Shown here: piece by piece, positions 42,318 through 52,272 of the stretch | Position numbering within the stretch: position 1 is the first letter of the stretch | Layout of the letters: each line of letters begins with the position of its first letter | Source of the DNA: an uncultured Eubacteriales bacterium | GTDB taxonomy: Bacteria; Actinomycetota; Coriobacteriia; Anaerosomatales; CAVRZR01 | DNA: 64,000 bases | NCBI GenBank assembly: GCA_964354215.1 | Contig: CAYGYT010000001.1 | Coordinates: 11,199 to 75,198 of the forward strand | Direction: 5' to 3' | Notes under the pieces: generated by a model | The model's input: only the letters and a program-made list of their open reading frames with translations | The model's database searches: none | What the model was told of the DNA's origin: nothing | Made by a program: the position numbers and the translations under genes

Positions 42318-42827
42318 ATGGTTGAGATGTATCGCTGCAAGGGGTGTGGGTACTTCCATGTCGGACCGGCCCCGGACACGTGTCCCGTGTGCGGCGCGTC
42401 GAAGGGCATGTTCGTCGAATACGCGGGACCCGGCGACCTGACGGGCACGAAGACGCTCGAGAACCTCAAGGCCGCGTTCGCGGGCGAGTCGCAGGCAAAT
42501 CGCCGCTACACGATGTTCAAGCGCGTGGCGGAGCTCGAGCGCGCGCCAGCCTCGGCGATCTCCGCGTTCGAACGGGCAGGCAGCGAGGAGACAGCGCATG
42601 CGCTTGGCCACCTCGCCTACATGGGAGCGGTCGGCACGACGGCCGACAATCTCCGCGCCGCGGCAGCCGGTGAGGAGTACGAGACGGTCGACATGTATCC
42701 GTCCTTCGCCGAGACCGCCGAGGCCGAGGGGCATCCCGAGATCGCCTACTACTTCCGGGCCGTCGGACGTTTCGAGAACGAGCATCGCAAGGAGTACGTC
42801 GGCGCACTGGGGGAGCTTGAGTCGTAG
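42318..42827 (+). CDS. rbr: Reverse rubrerythrin (N-terminal rubredoxin-like CxxC...CxxC, C-terminal diiron ferritin-like domain)
   Basis: YRCKGCGYFH...CPVCGASK, then ESQANRRY...EETAHALGHL...GEEYE...ENEHRKE diiron ligand pattern. Confidence 0.88.
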   Translation: MVEMYRCKGCGYFHVGPAPDTCPVCGASKGMFVEYAGPGDLTGTKTLENLKAAFAGESQANRRYTMFKRVAELERAPASAISAFERAGSEETAHALGHLAYMGAVGTTADNLRAAAAGEEYETVDMYPSFAETAEAEGHPEIAYYFRAVGRFENEHRKEYVGALGELES

Positions 42828-43901
42828 GTGGGTTGGCCAGAGGAACCGGTCGGCATCAAGGGCCTCAGTCGTCCCCTCCTCGACGAACGTCTACGAGCGC
42901 TCGGCGCGCCGCGCTATCGTACGTCGCAGGTCGTGCGGTGGCTCTACGCGCGGGGAGCCCGTTCGTACGACGAGATGACAGATCTTCCAGCAGGTCTGCG
43001 GGCGTCGCTCGCGGACCTGCTTGCTCTTCCAGTGCCTACCATCGTCACGCGTCAGGCGTCCGAGATCGATGACACGCGCAAGTACCTGCTTCGCCTCGGC
43101 GATGGCGAACTGGTGGAGGTCGTGGGCCTTCCTACCGCGGACCGGCTGACCGTCTGCTTCTCGACGCAGGTGGGCTGCGCGATGGCGTGCGCGTTCTGCG
43201 CGACCGGTGTCTCCGGCTACGTGCGCGACCTCGCACCCGGTGAGATGGTTGACCAGGTGCGAATCGTGGCCGAGGACTACGGCCGCCGTGTGTCGAACGC
43301 GGTCGCCATGGGGCAAGGGGAGCCGTTCGCGAACTACGATGCGGTCTTGGCGGGGCTGCGGTTCTTGAACGACGCCGATGCGCTCGGAATCGGTGCCCGC
43401 CACCTCACTGTTTCGACATGCGGCGTGGTAGGCGGTATCAGACGCCTTGCCGAGGAGCCCGAGCAGTTCACGCTGGCGGTGTCGCTACACTCCGCCGTGC
43501 AGTCGACCCGGGACCGTCTCATGCCCGGAGTCCGCGGTATGCCGCTCATGATGCTGCGGAGCACCCTTCTCGACTACGCGTCGAGGACAGGACGCAGGCC
43601 AAGCCTGGAATACGCGCTGATTGATGGCGTGAACGACACGGACGCCGAGCTGTCCGCCCTCGTGCAGTTCGCTCGCGGGATGCTCGTGCACGTCAACCTG
43701 ATACCCGCCAATCCCGTCGCGGGGTTGGCGTTCGAGCGCTCCTCGGCTCATCGGGCTCGGCTGTTCGAGGAACGGCTCGCGCGCGCGGGCATCGAGGCAT
43801 CGGTCCGCACCGAGCGAGGAGCGGACATCGACGCCGCGTGTGGGCAGCTTAGAGGGCGTGCCGAGGCTCCCGCGCGTGGCTTCTACGGTGAAGACACCTG
43901 A
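42828..43901 (+). CDS. rlmN: 23S rRNA/tRNA adenine-C2 methyltransferase RlmN (radical SAM)
   Basis: RYRTSQVVRWLY, radical-SAM CAMACAFCATG, and C-terminal GADIDAACGQL. Confidence 0.9.
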   Translation: MGWPEEPVGIKGLSRPLLDERLRALGAPRYRTSQVVRWLYARGARSYDEMTDLPAGLRASLADLLALPVPTIVTRQASEIDDTRKYLLRLGDGELVEVVGLPTADRLTVCFSTQVGCAMACAFCATGVSGYVRDLAPGEMVDQVRIVAEDYGRRVSNAVAMGQGEPFANYDAVLAGLRFLNDADALGIGARHLTVSTCGVVGGIRRLAEEPEQFTLAVSLHSAVQSTRDRLMPGVRGMPLMMLRSTLLDYASRTGRRPSLEYALIDGVNDTDAELSALVQFARGMLVHVNLIPANPVAGLAFERSSAHRARLFEERLARAGIEASVRTERGADIDAACGQLRGRAEAPARGFYGEDT

Positions 43902-46900
43902 CCCGGCGCCCTGCCCGGCTCGACAGGACAGAGGCTGTGGAACGCGGGACACTCGTCGCAGGTCCGTGGTTGGTAGTGCCCCAACGGTGGAAAGACTCCC
44001 CTGCCGATATCGGAGACGATGCCGCTGATCTCGGTCTCGATCTCGCGCAGGTCCTCGCGTCGGTAGCTGAAGCGCGTCTCCTCGCCTCCCGCTTCCAGCT
44101 TGAAGAACACCGCCTCCAGATGCTCGATGTTGGGCTGCGCGCTGAACACGGCGAGCGCGTAGCACGCCGACTGAAGCCGCCATCGTTCGAACGAGAATGA
44201 ATCCGGCGCAGAGACCCCGGTCTTGTAGTCGACCACGAGCGCTTCTCGTCCATCGAGCGCGAGGAGGTCGATAGCGCCGTCGACCACCGTCTCGGAGACT
44301 GCCACCCCAAACGGGACCTCGCGAAGGACCGTCCCCGCGGAACTCACCGCCCGAGCGAGCGGGCTCGCGGCAAAAGCGGTCACCGCCCGCCGGACGCGGT
44401 CGAGATCCTCGTCGCAGAGCCCCTCTCGACGTGCCATCGCCTCGAGAGTCCCGGCCGGGGGCCTGCCTTGGTCGTCCAGGACCGACAGTGCCTGGTGCAC
44501 AACGGTACCGATCGCGCGAGCGTCCCCGGGGATACCCCGGTACGAAAGGCGGCCCACTCGTGCAACGTACGTTGCGTAGTAGCGGAACGGACAATCGAGA
44601 TAGGTCTGCAGGCCCGTGTAGGAGACGCGCGTCGGCCCGCCGGGTGCGGAGGACTCGTCCGGCGCCGCGGGAGGCATCCCGGCCGGCCGTGTCGCCCCCT
44701 CCGCCTTTCTGGCCGCGACCCCCTTCTCGTCGGTCGTACACTCACCTGCCGGTCTCGCACAGTTGAGGCGGAGCCGTGCTTCCCCACATCGCCCGTCGAT
44801 CGGCTCGCGCTCGCTCGCCGGCACGGCTGCGTCGACGCCGATCGCCTCGCAGATCCAGCCGATGGGCCTGTCCGGCAGCAGCTCCTTCGTGAGGTCCGCG
44901 ACCCCGAAGAGCGCGAGCGCCTGGGTCGCGCGCGTGCACGCGACGTAGAGCACGCGCTTGGACTCTGCGGTCTCCCGCTCCGTGCGCCACTCGCGCACCG
45001 CAGCCGAACTCCGCGTGTCCCGACACGACGCGAACGGTTCGTCGACCGGCAAGCGCAGCCCGAGCGTGACCTGACCGGCCGGGCTGCCGCAGTCGAAGGT
45101 GAGCGACCTTCTTGGAGGTTGGTTGCCGAGCTCGGCGAGAGCCACTACCGGGAACTCGAGTCCCTTTGCTGAGTGGACGCTCATGATGCGCACGGCGTCG
45201 ACGTCCTCGGCAGCCATAGCCGCCTGCTGCTCGTAGCGCCTGTGGCGTCGGCGCAGCTCGAGGTGGGCCAGGAAGGCGCTCGGGTCGCCGGGCTCCAGCT
45301 GTTCGAACTCCCCGGCAAGACGCGCGAACTTGAGTACGTTCGCCCACGCGCGTTCCTCGCCCGCCGCGAACAGCGTCACGTCGTAGTCCAGCTGCTCGCA
45401 CGCGCGATGGATGAGGTCGTAGAGCGACGTGCGGCCCTGTTCTCGGCGTACATCCCCTACCGCCGCGAGCAAGGTACGGAGCGCCGTTTCGTCCTCCTCG
45501 ACGAGGGTCGGGCGGTTCTCGTCGCTCGCGGTCTCCCACAGACTCCGCCCGTCCGCCGACGTACGCAGTACGTACAAGGCGTCGTCTGACACGTTGGCCA
45601 TGCGGCCGACGAGCATCCTCGCGAACGCCTCGTCGTCTGCGGAGTTACCGACGACGCGCAGCAGCGCCTCGAGCTCCTCGGTCTCGGGAGTATCGAAGTA
45701 GGTGCCTCCTGACGCCACGAACACGTCGAACCCGCGCGCGCTCAATGCAGATTCGAATGCCTCGGAGCGCGTCATGGCCCTCAGGAGCAGCACCAGGTCA
45801 CTCTGCTGGACTCCTTCCCGCCGGAGTCGCGCGAAGTGCTCCGCGACGGCCTCTGCTTCAGCGACCGTTCGACCGAGTTCGCTGCACGCGTCGGCGTCAA
45901 GCACAGTGAGTTCGATCCGCGGGAAGTCATCGGGCCAGGAATCGCGTTCGGGGTCGTTCCCGGCGTCGCGTTCGCCCACCTCCAGCTGCACAAAACCCTC
46001 TGGCCAGAAGGGCGCCGAGGAGAAGAGTCCGTTGAAGAACCGTACGAGTTCCGGGTGCGATCGGAAGTTCTCCGGCAGCGTGAAGACCCGCTCCCCGGGA
46101 AGCGCGCGCAGCCGTCGACGGAAGACACCGACGTCGGCGTTGCGCCAACCGTAGATCGACTGCTTCTCGTCGCCCACCGTCGCGAGCGCCCCGCCTGCGA
46201 GCTCCGCCACGACGGAGAGCTGCAGTTCGTTCGTGTCCTGGAACTCGTCGACCATCACTTCGGTAAGCAGGCGCCGGTAGCGTCGGACCAGTTCCGGATG
46301 CGCGCGCAGGAGATCGCGCGTCTTGAGCTGGAGGTCCTCGAAGTCGAGCGCACCGAGCTTCTCCTTGGCGGAGGCGTACTCTGCGGATGCCCGCCTCAGG
46401 AGTTCGACGAACCCCGCAGCGTAGCCGTCAGACACCTGCTCTGCCGCGACTTCTCTGAGGCGTGCCGCCTGCTCCTCCGCTCGAATCGCAAGCGGCTTCG
46501 CACACGTGCGGCAGCCTTTGCTCTGCTTGAAGCCAACCAGTGCCCCGAGGATCGAGGCACCGCACTCGGATTCCCCGGTATCCACGGTCTCCAGCGACTG
46601 CAATGCGTTCGCGAGGTGCTCGATGTTGCGCTCCTCCGTGACGCCCCGACCCGTGAGGCCGAGCATCTCGTCGAGGACCGAGCGCAGTTCGCTTCGAGCA
46701 TCGGCCAACGCCGGCGCCACATCGGTTGCAGAGCCTTGCAGCGCATCGGCTCCGCGCCCGAGCGATCGCAGGTGCTCGTCCACGGTGCGGATACCGCCTT
46801 CGATCTCGAGCACATCGTAGTCGGCGATCAGCCGCTGCACCTCGTCTGAACCCGACAGCGCGCTCACCGCCCGTTCGAAGGCCTGCTGTCGCACGAGGGC

Positions 46901-47311
46901 GGACTGGACCTCATCCATGACCGAGAACATCGGGTCGAGCCCGGCCTCGAACGCATGCCTAGTGAGAAGCCGCCTGCACATGCCGTGGATCGTGGAAATC
47001 CACGCGCGCTCCGCCTCGCGGGCGACATCCACGCCCACATCGCGCGCGAGCGCTCCGCGGACTCGCTGGGAGAGTTCTCCAGCTGCCTTCTCCGTGAACG
47101 TGATTGCAACGAGGCGCTCGAGCACCCCTGTCGCACCGGACGCTCGCGCCATCGCTGCGTGTCGAACGAAGCGCGCAGTGAGCACGCGTGTCTTGCCAGA
47201 GCCGGCTGCGGCCGACACGAACAGGCCGCCAGGCGGAGCGGTCACCGCGGCTGCCTGTCGCTCGCTCAGGCTCAACGTTGGCCCCCCGGGCAAAACCCTC
47301 GAAGCCGGCAC
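43883..47311 (-). CDS. addA: UvrD-type helicase-nuclease, AddA-like subunit
   Basis: Walker A AAAGSGKTRVLT, VDEFQDTN, and C-terminal PD-(D/E)xK with VVDYKTG. An alternative TTG start at 47275 would overlap the addB stop (TTGA) and give (M)SLSERQAAAV. Confidence 0.85.
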   Translation of the reverse strand: MPASRVLPGGPTLSLSERQAAAVTAPPGGLFVSAAAGSGKTRVLTARFVRHAAMARASGATGVLERLVAITFTEKAAGELSQRVRGALARDVGVDVAREAERAWISTIHGMCRRLLTRHAFEAGLDPMFSVMDEVQSALVRQQAFERAVSALSGSDEVQRLIADYDVLEIEGGIRTVDEHLRSLGRGADALQGSATDVAPALADARSELRSVLDEMLGLTGRGVTEERNIEHLANALQSLETVDTGESECGASILGALVGFKQSKGCRTCAKPLAIRAEEQAARLREVAAEQVSDGYAAGFVELLRRASAEYASAKEKLGALDFEDLQLKTRDLLRAHPELVRRYRRLLTEVMVDEFQDTNELQLSVVAELAGGALATVGDEKQSIYGWRNADVGVFRRRLRALPGERVFTLPENFRSHPELVRFFNGLFSSAPFWPEGFVQLEVGERDAGNDPERDSWPDDFPRIELTVLDADACSELGRTVAEAEAVAEHFARLRREGVQQSDLVLLLRAMTRSEAFESALSARGFDVFVASGGTYFDTPETEELEALLRVVGNSADDEAFARMLVGRMANVSDDALYVLRTSADGRSLWETASDENRPTLVEEDETALRTLLAAVGDVRREQGRTSLYDLIHRACEQLDYDVTLFAAGEERAWANVLKFARLAGEFEQLEPGDPSAFLAHLELRRRHRRYEQQAAMAAEDVDAVRIMSVHSAKGLEFPVVALAELGNQPPRRSLTFDCGSPAGQVTLGLRLPVDEPFASCRDTRSSAAVREWRTERETAESKRVLYVACTRATQALALFGVADLTKELLPDRPIGWICEAIGVDAAVPASEREPIDGRCGEARLRLNCARPAGECTTDEKGVAARKAEGATRPAGMPPAAPDESSAPGGPTRVSYTGLQTYLDCPFRYYATYVARVGRLSYRGIPGDARAIGTVVHQALSVLDDQGRPPAGTLEAMARREGLCDEDLDRVRRAVTAFAASPLARAVSSAGTVLREVPFGVAVSETVVDGAIDLLALDGREALVVDYKTGVSAPDSFSFERWRLQSACYALAVFSAQPNIEHLEAVFFKLEAGGEETRFSYRREDLREIETEISGIVSDIGRGVFPPLGHYQPRTCDECPAFHSLCPVEPGRAPGQVSSP

Positions 47312-50190
47312 CGGTCGCAGGAGCTCACGTCGAGGGGTGTTGGCGGTATGAGGCCTTCCCGCATGCCCTCCACGGCCTGCCGCGCTCGGGCTTCGGCATC
47401 ACGGATCACGACATCGATCCTCTCGGACTCCATCCCATCCGTCGATACGAGTCCGCGGCCTCGCACCGAGCTGGTCGAGTAGAAGCCGCGGTTCTCGGCC
47501 GACGTCACGTTCTGTGAGGAGAGCCGGCGATACAGGCCGCCCGCGATAGGGGCGCCGAAGCACTTCTGAGCAATCCGCGCGTAGAGCGCCAGTTGCAGCA
47601 GTCCCCTTTCGGCGGACTTGCTGGCGGAGTAGCGAGCGTCAACCGTGCCGGTCTTGTAGTCCGCCACGAGCAGCTCGCCGTTCGGCCCCTGGTCAACGCG
47701 GTCCATTCTGCCGGCAAGCTGGAACCCCTCGAACAGCTTCTCCTCCGGCGCGAACTGCATTTCGTGCGCGACGGGTGTGAAGTCAGGGAGAAACCCGGCG
47801 TCGGCGCGTACGAAGCCGACGACCTTCCTGTGAACCGACGCCTGGACGGACCGCTCGGCGAGGCTCGTGGCGTCGCCCTGCCCGGCGACGAGCGCGTCGA
47901 CTACCTCAGCGGCGAGCGCTACTGCCCGCGTGACGTTATGTTCGGTAACTCTCACATCGCCAACCGCCGCTGGCAGTTCCTGGAACAGACGGCGCAGCGC
48001 CTCGTGTGAGAGCCGTCCGACTTCGAGCGCATCATGGTCCTCCTCGAGCGGCCGCGCGCGAACCACGCGCTCGTGGAACCACGCGTAGGGACACCTCAGG
48101 TACGCCTCGATCTCCGTTGCCGAGTACACGGTCCGTCCTCGCAGCTCCTGAAGCACCCGTTCGTCGCGCAGAACCGGCTCGCGCGCTGCCGCTCGGCGAG
48201 AGGCGCGCGCGACCCGCGACATGGCTGACTCGGACGAGAGTGTGGCGCCGTCGCGAGCTGCGGCGCGCAGCGATCGGCGCAACGAGCGCGGCGCCGCGCC
48301 AGCGTCGGTCTGCTCGAAGCCGAGCGAGAACACCGGCGGCAGCTGCTCCTCGGCTATGTCTTCCGCACCAGGTACGCGGTACAGATCAAGGAACTCCTCG
48401 AGGAGCCACGACGGTCTCAGCTCTGAGCCATCGGACGCGGCCACCTGACGGCTCAGGACGAGCCGTTTCGTCGCCCTCGAAGCAACGAGGTAGAACGTGA
48501 GGCGCTCGGCGTCCTCTTCGTCGCGGCTGGGGAGCGCGAGTCCCATGGATCCAAGTGCCGAGACGAGTGACGGCGCTCGAAGTGGATTCTCGCTTGCGCG
48601 GGGCGGGAAGTCGCCGAAGGAAAGGCCGCCGATGATGACCACCTGGAAGCGATGGGAGCGCGCTCGCTCGGCGGACAAGACGCGGACGGCCGAACGACCC
48701 GCTGCGGGCGTGATCGTGGCTTTGGCCTGCAGGAACGCATCCATGAGTTCGGGGCCGCTCGTTCGCACCCGGCTGAGGCCCGCGGCCTCTTCCACGAGCC
48801 CTAGGAGCGCCCTGTGTGCCGCCACATCCGCACGGCCCTCGGCGCTCAGTTCACCGGTGACGCCATGCGCCCGATGCCCGCTGCTCAGCAGACAATCTGC
48901 CATATCTTGCCATTCTGCCGCCGTCGATTCTGTTACCTGCCCCCTCATAAGGCTCGTCGCCGCGACGGCGAGCTTCGACGCGGCAGGAGCATCTCTTCGC
49001 ATCGAGGCCACGAGCGCGGCGCGTCTGTCGACTCCGTGGCGTCGCCAGCGCGCTTCCACGCGTTCGGCCGCGTCCCGCGGCACCCCCGAATAGGGCGATC
49101 GGATAAAGGCGAGCAGTTCGTTGCGCGCGTCGTGCAGAGCGAAGCGTGTCAGGTGAACGAGTGCCCGACCCCAGCCTGTGTCTCGTGCCGGTCCGACAAC
49201 GTCGAATTGTGCTGGGATACCGGTCTCAGTCAGAGCGTGTCTGAGCGCTCCAGCGTGCAGCGCAACGTTCCTGTAGACGACAGCGATCTGGTCGGGCGGC
49301 ACGCCGTCATCGAGCGCCGACTGTATCTCCGCCGCGACGCGGCTCGCCTCTGCTTCTTCCCCGCATGCGCTGGAAAGACGGACGTCGCCTGTGCGCGGCG
49401 CGCCCAAGGCGCGGTCCGGGGCCAGAAAGAGCCGAGACTCCACGTAGCGCAGCTCCTCGGAAGGCGTGTAGTCGCAGGCACCGACGTGCATCAATCGTGC
49501 GCCGCCGCGTGTCAGCCGCTTGACGAGCGGGTCGAGCGAGCGGGTCGCGGGGAAGTCCTCCTGCCATGGAAGCGACAACCAGAGGTCCGCGTGGGCCGAC
49601 GCTGTGGAGAGGAAGCGTTCCTGGGTCGCGGTCAGGTCGGCGAAGCGGTTGACGACGATCGGGCCCGCGAACCAGTTGTGATCCTTGGACCTCTCCAGGT
49701 GGCGTACGGCAGCCGCGCGCTCGATGCGCTCCTCTGTGAGGAGCAGGTCCGAATAGGCTGCGAGCACCCGAGCGATCTCTCCTGCGACTCCGGATTCAGT
49801 CAGATCGGCAGTCGGTGGCTCGAAGAGGTCCGAGGCGAGCGGCAGGAGGAGCTGCAGGAGCCCCTGTCCCTCGGACGACGGCCGGAGCGTCTCGAGCCTG
49901 CTCGAAGCGAGTGCGCGCCCCAGGAGAATCGAGCGCTCCGCCGACCCCACGATGGATCGTGCGTCGCCGTGTAGCGCCCAGAGCGTGTCCACGTACGAGT
50001 CGAATACCGTCGTTGCCACGCCCAGGAGAGGTCCTCGGCGTGCGAACTCGGCAGCTACGCTCTCGACGTCCGGTCTCGAGGGCAGGAGCACGACCGCGCT
50101 CGTGCCGGCGGACACCGCCTCCCGCACGACCTTGTGGAGCACCCCGGTCTTGCCGGCATTCGGCGGTCCGACGACTAGCGTGAGCGACAT
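47272..50190 (-). CDS. addB: AddB-like helicase-nuclease subunit with C-terminal nuclease and Cys cluster
   Basis: N-terminal GPPNAGKTG, C-terminal VADYKTG, and Cys pattern YLRCPY...SSCDRCRLRGFC typical of the AddB Fe-S staple. Confidence 0.8.
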   Translation of the reverse strand: MSLTLVVGPPNAGKTGVLHKVVREAVSAGTSAVVLLPSRPDVESVAAEFARRGPLLGVATTVFDSYVDTLWALHGDARSIVGSAERSILLGRALASSRLETLRPSSEGQGLLQLLLPLASDLFEPPTADLTESGVAGEIARVLAAYSDLLLTEERIERAAAVRHLERSKDHNWFAGPIVVNRFADLTATQERFLSTASAHADLWLSLPWQEDFPATRSLDPLVKRLTRGGARLMHVGACDYTPSEELRYVESRLFLAPDRALGAPRTGDVRLSSACGEEAEASRVAAEIQSALDDGVPPDQIAVVYRNVALHAGALRHALTETGIPAQFDVVGPARDTGWGRALVHLTRFALHDARNELLAFIRSPYSGVPRDAAERVEARWRRHGVDRRAALVASMRRDAPAASKLAVAATSLMRGQVTESTAAEWQDMADCLLSSGHRAHGVTGELSAEGRADVAAHRALLGLVEEAAGLSRVRTSGPELMDAFLQAKATITPAAGRSAVRVLSAERARSHRFQVVIIGGLSFGDFPPRASENPLRAPSLVSALGSMGLALPSRDEEDAERLTFYLVASRATKRLVLSRQVAASDGSELRPSWLLEEFLDLYRVPGAEDIAEEQLPPVFSLGFEQTDAGAAPRSLRRSLRAAARDGATLSSESAMSRVARASRRAAAREPVLRDERVLQELRGRTVYSATEIEAYLRCPYAWFHERVVRARPLEEDHDALEVGRLSHEALRRLFQELPAAVGDVRVTEHNVTRAVALAAEVVDALVAGQGDATSLAERSVQASVHRKVVGFVRADAGFLPDFTPVAHEMQFAPEEKLFEGFQLAGRMDRVDQGPNGELLVADYKTGTVDARYSASKSAERGLLQLALYARIAQKCFGAPIAGGLYRRLSSQNVTSAENRGFYSTSSVRGRGLVSTDGMESERIDVVIRDAEARARQAVEGMREGLIPPTPLDVSSCDRCRLRGFCPGGQR

Positions 50191-50248
50191 GCGGTCTCCC
50201 TGGTCACGAGAGAAGCATGCGTCCGCGCTCTGACATCAGGAGCCAGGT

Positions 50249-50545
50249 TCAGGAGGGGTGTGCCTCGGTGTAGCGCTGGACCCCTTCGCGCAGCTCCCGC
50301 ACCTTGCGCCACGCGACTTCCTCGTCGCGACCGAGATAGTGATCGACCTTCCCGCCGAGCGCCTCGGCAGCCTGCTCAGCTCGGTCCGCGAGGCCTCGGG
50401 CTAGGTCGGCCGCACGTTGCGCTTCGTCGACGATGCGCCGCCTCGTCTTTGCCCCCGAAGCAGGCGCGAACAGCAGCCCGATCACGATGCCCAAGACGGC
50501 GCCCGTGATAAGTCCGATCACGAAGAGTGCCAGATTTTTCCTCAT
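50249..50545 (-). CDS. YtxH-domain small membrane-associated protein
   Basis: N-terminal helix LALFVIGLITGAVLGIVIGLLFAPASG followed by a charged helical region. The ATG overlaps the parB stop (ATGA). Confidence 0.7.
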   Translation of the reverse strand: MRKNLALFVIGLITGAVLGIVIGLLFAPASGAKTRRRIVDEAQRAADLARGLADRAEQAAEALGGKVDHYLGRDEEVAWRKVRELREGVQRYTEAHPS

Positions 50546-51420
50546 GACTCTACCTCCTGCGCTCCCCGCGGTTCGTCGTCCTCCGTGATGAGGCGGTAGA
50601 TTCGCTCCAAGTCCTCTTCACCATGAAACTCGATCTCAATCTTGCCCTTGTTCTGCGCCAGACGCACTCGCACGTTCGTTCCCAGCATCCGCCGCAGCCT
50701 CCGAGCCACGAGCTTGAAGGACTTCGGTGCGACTGGTCGTGGAGCGCGCTCCACCTGCCCAGCGGCAATGAGTCGCGAAAGGTTCTCGGTCTCGCGGACC
50801 GACAACCCGTCGTCCACAACACGCTGGGCAAGTCGGAGTCGGGCGTTCTCGTCCGGAACCGACAGTACCGCTCGGGCGTGGCCGGCGCTCATCTTCCCTT
50901 GATACACAAGATCCTGGACTTCTTCCGGGAGGTCGAGCAGGCGGAGAGCGTTCGTTATGGCGGACCGGGACTTGGAGACCTTGTCTGCGAGCTCAGCTTG
51001 GGTCATCTGGTGCTCTGCAAGGAGCCGCCTGTACCCGCGAGCCTCTTCTATCGCATTCAGGTCCTCGCGTTGCAGATTCTCGATGAGCGCCAGTTCCAGC
51101 GCTTCGACCTCGGTCGTCGTGAGGACGCGAACTGGAACCTTGTCGAGGGCTGCGACCCGAGCGGCTCTCCATCGGCGCTCGCCGGCGATGATCTGATAGC
51201 CGTCGCCTAGCGGTCGAACGATAATCGGCTGCAGCACACCCACCTTGCGAATCGAGTCGGCGAGCTCGGCGATCGCCTCTTCGTGCATGTCGGTTCGCGG
51301 CTGCAATGGATTCGGGGACATCATGTCAAGCGCCAGTTCCATGGGTTCGCCGGTCTGCGATTCCTGTGCTGCGTTCGGGATGAGCGCCGAAAGCCCGCGC
51401 CCGAGGCCTCGCTTAGACAC
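50542..51420 (-). CDS. parB: Chromosome partitioning protein ParB (Spo0J)
   Basis: GLGRGLSALIP, IAGERRWRAA and HTH QAELADKVSKSRSAITNALRLL. Confidence 0.93.
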   Translation of the reverse strand: MSKRGLGRGLSALIPNAAQESQTGEPMELALDMMSPNPLQPRTDMHEEAIAELADSIRKVGVLQPIIVRPLGDGYQIIAGERRWRAARVAALDKVPVRVLTTTEVEALELALIENLQREDLNAIEEARGYRRLLAEHQMTQAELADKVSKSRSAITNALRLLDLPEEVQDLVYQGKMSAGHARAVLSVPDENARLRLAQRVVDDGLSVRETENLSRLIAAGQVERAPRPVAPKSFKLVARRLRRMLGTNVRVRLAQNKGKIEIEFHGEEDLERIYRLITEDDEPRGAQEVES

Positions 51421-52204
51421 GATCGATCACTTCCTTCGAGAGCCGCTTGTAGGCGTCCGCTCCCTTGCCTGACGGGTCGTAGAGTGTTACCGGTTGGCCG
51501 AAGCTCGGCGCCTCCGAGAGACGGACTGTCCGGGGAATCAGCGTCTTGAAGACCTTCTCCCCAAAGAAGTCCCGCACCTCTTCGACTACTTGCTGAGCCA
51601 AGCGAGTGCGAGAATCGTACATCGTCATGACGACGCCGAAGACTTCGAGATCCGGATTCAGGTGGGTCTTGACCAACCTGACGCTATCGAGAAGCTTCGA
51701 CAGTCCCTCCAGGGCATAGTACTCGCACTGGATTGGAATCAAGAGACTATCCGCCGCGGTGAGAGCATTCACGGTCAGCAGGCCAAGAGAGGGAGGGCAG
51801 TCGATGATGACGATGTCGAACTCCCCGACGACTGGTTCGAGGATGGACTTGAGTCGGCTTTCGCGACTGAAAGCTGAGACTAGCTCGATTTCGGCGCCGG
51901 CGAGCTGAATCGTGGCCGGAACCACGAAGACCCCTTCGATCTGCACTGGCTCGATGATCGTTTCCAGACCGATCTCGCCAAGCAGCGCGTTGTAGACGCA
52001 GAGCTCGCGCTGGTTCTTGTTCAATCCGAATCCGGATGTGGCGTTGCCCTGCGGGTCAAGATCGACAAGCAGCACGCGCTGTTCGAGCTCGCCAAGGCCG
52101 GCTGCGAGGTTAACGGCAGTGGTGCTCTTGCCAACCCCGCCCTTCTGATTCACGACCGCCATAACCAGGGGCGGGCCGTGCTCTGTCTCCGAATGGATGC
52201 TCAT
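51413..52204 (-). CDS. parA: Chromosome partitioning ATPase ParA (Soj)
   Basis: Deviant Walker A NQKGGVGKSTTAVNL. Start set at ATG 52204 with GGAGGGG upstream. Confidence 0.93.
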   Translation of the reverse strand: MSIHSETEHGPPLVMAVVNQKGGVGKSTTAVNLAAGLGELEQRVLLVDLDPQGNATSGFGLNKNQRELCVYNALLGEIGLETIIEPVQIEGVFVVPATIQLAGAEIELVSAFSRESRLKSILEPVVGEFDIVIIDCPPSLGLLTVNALTAADSLLIPIQCEYYALEGLSKLLDSVRLVKTHLNPDLEVFGVVMTMYDSRTRLAQQVVEEVRDFFGEKVFKTLIPRTVRLSEAPSFGQPVTLYDPSGKGADAYKRLSKEVIDRV

Positions 52205-52272
52205 CCAGTACCCCTCCACATTCTAGGACGGCGAGGTCGCATTATACGCGAGCTACCCGAACGCACAAACCC

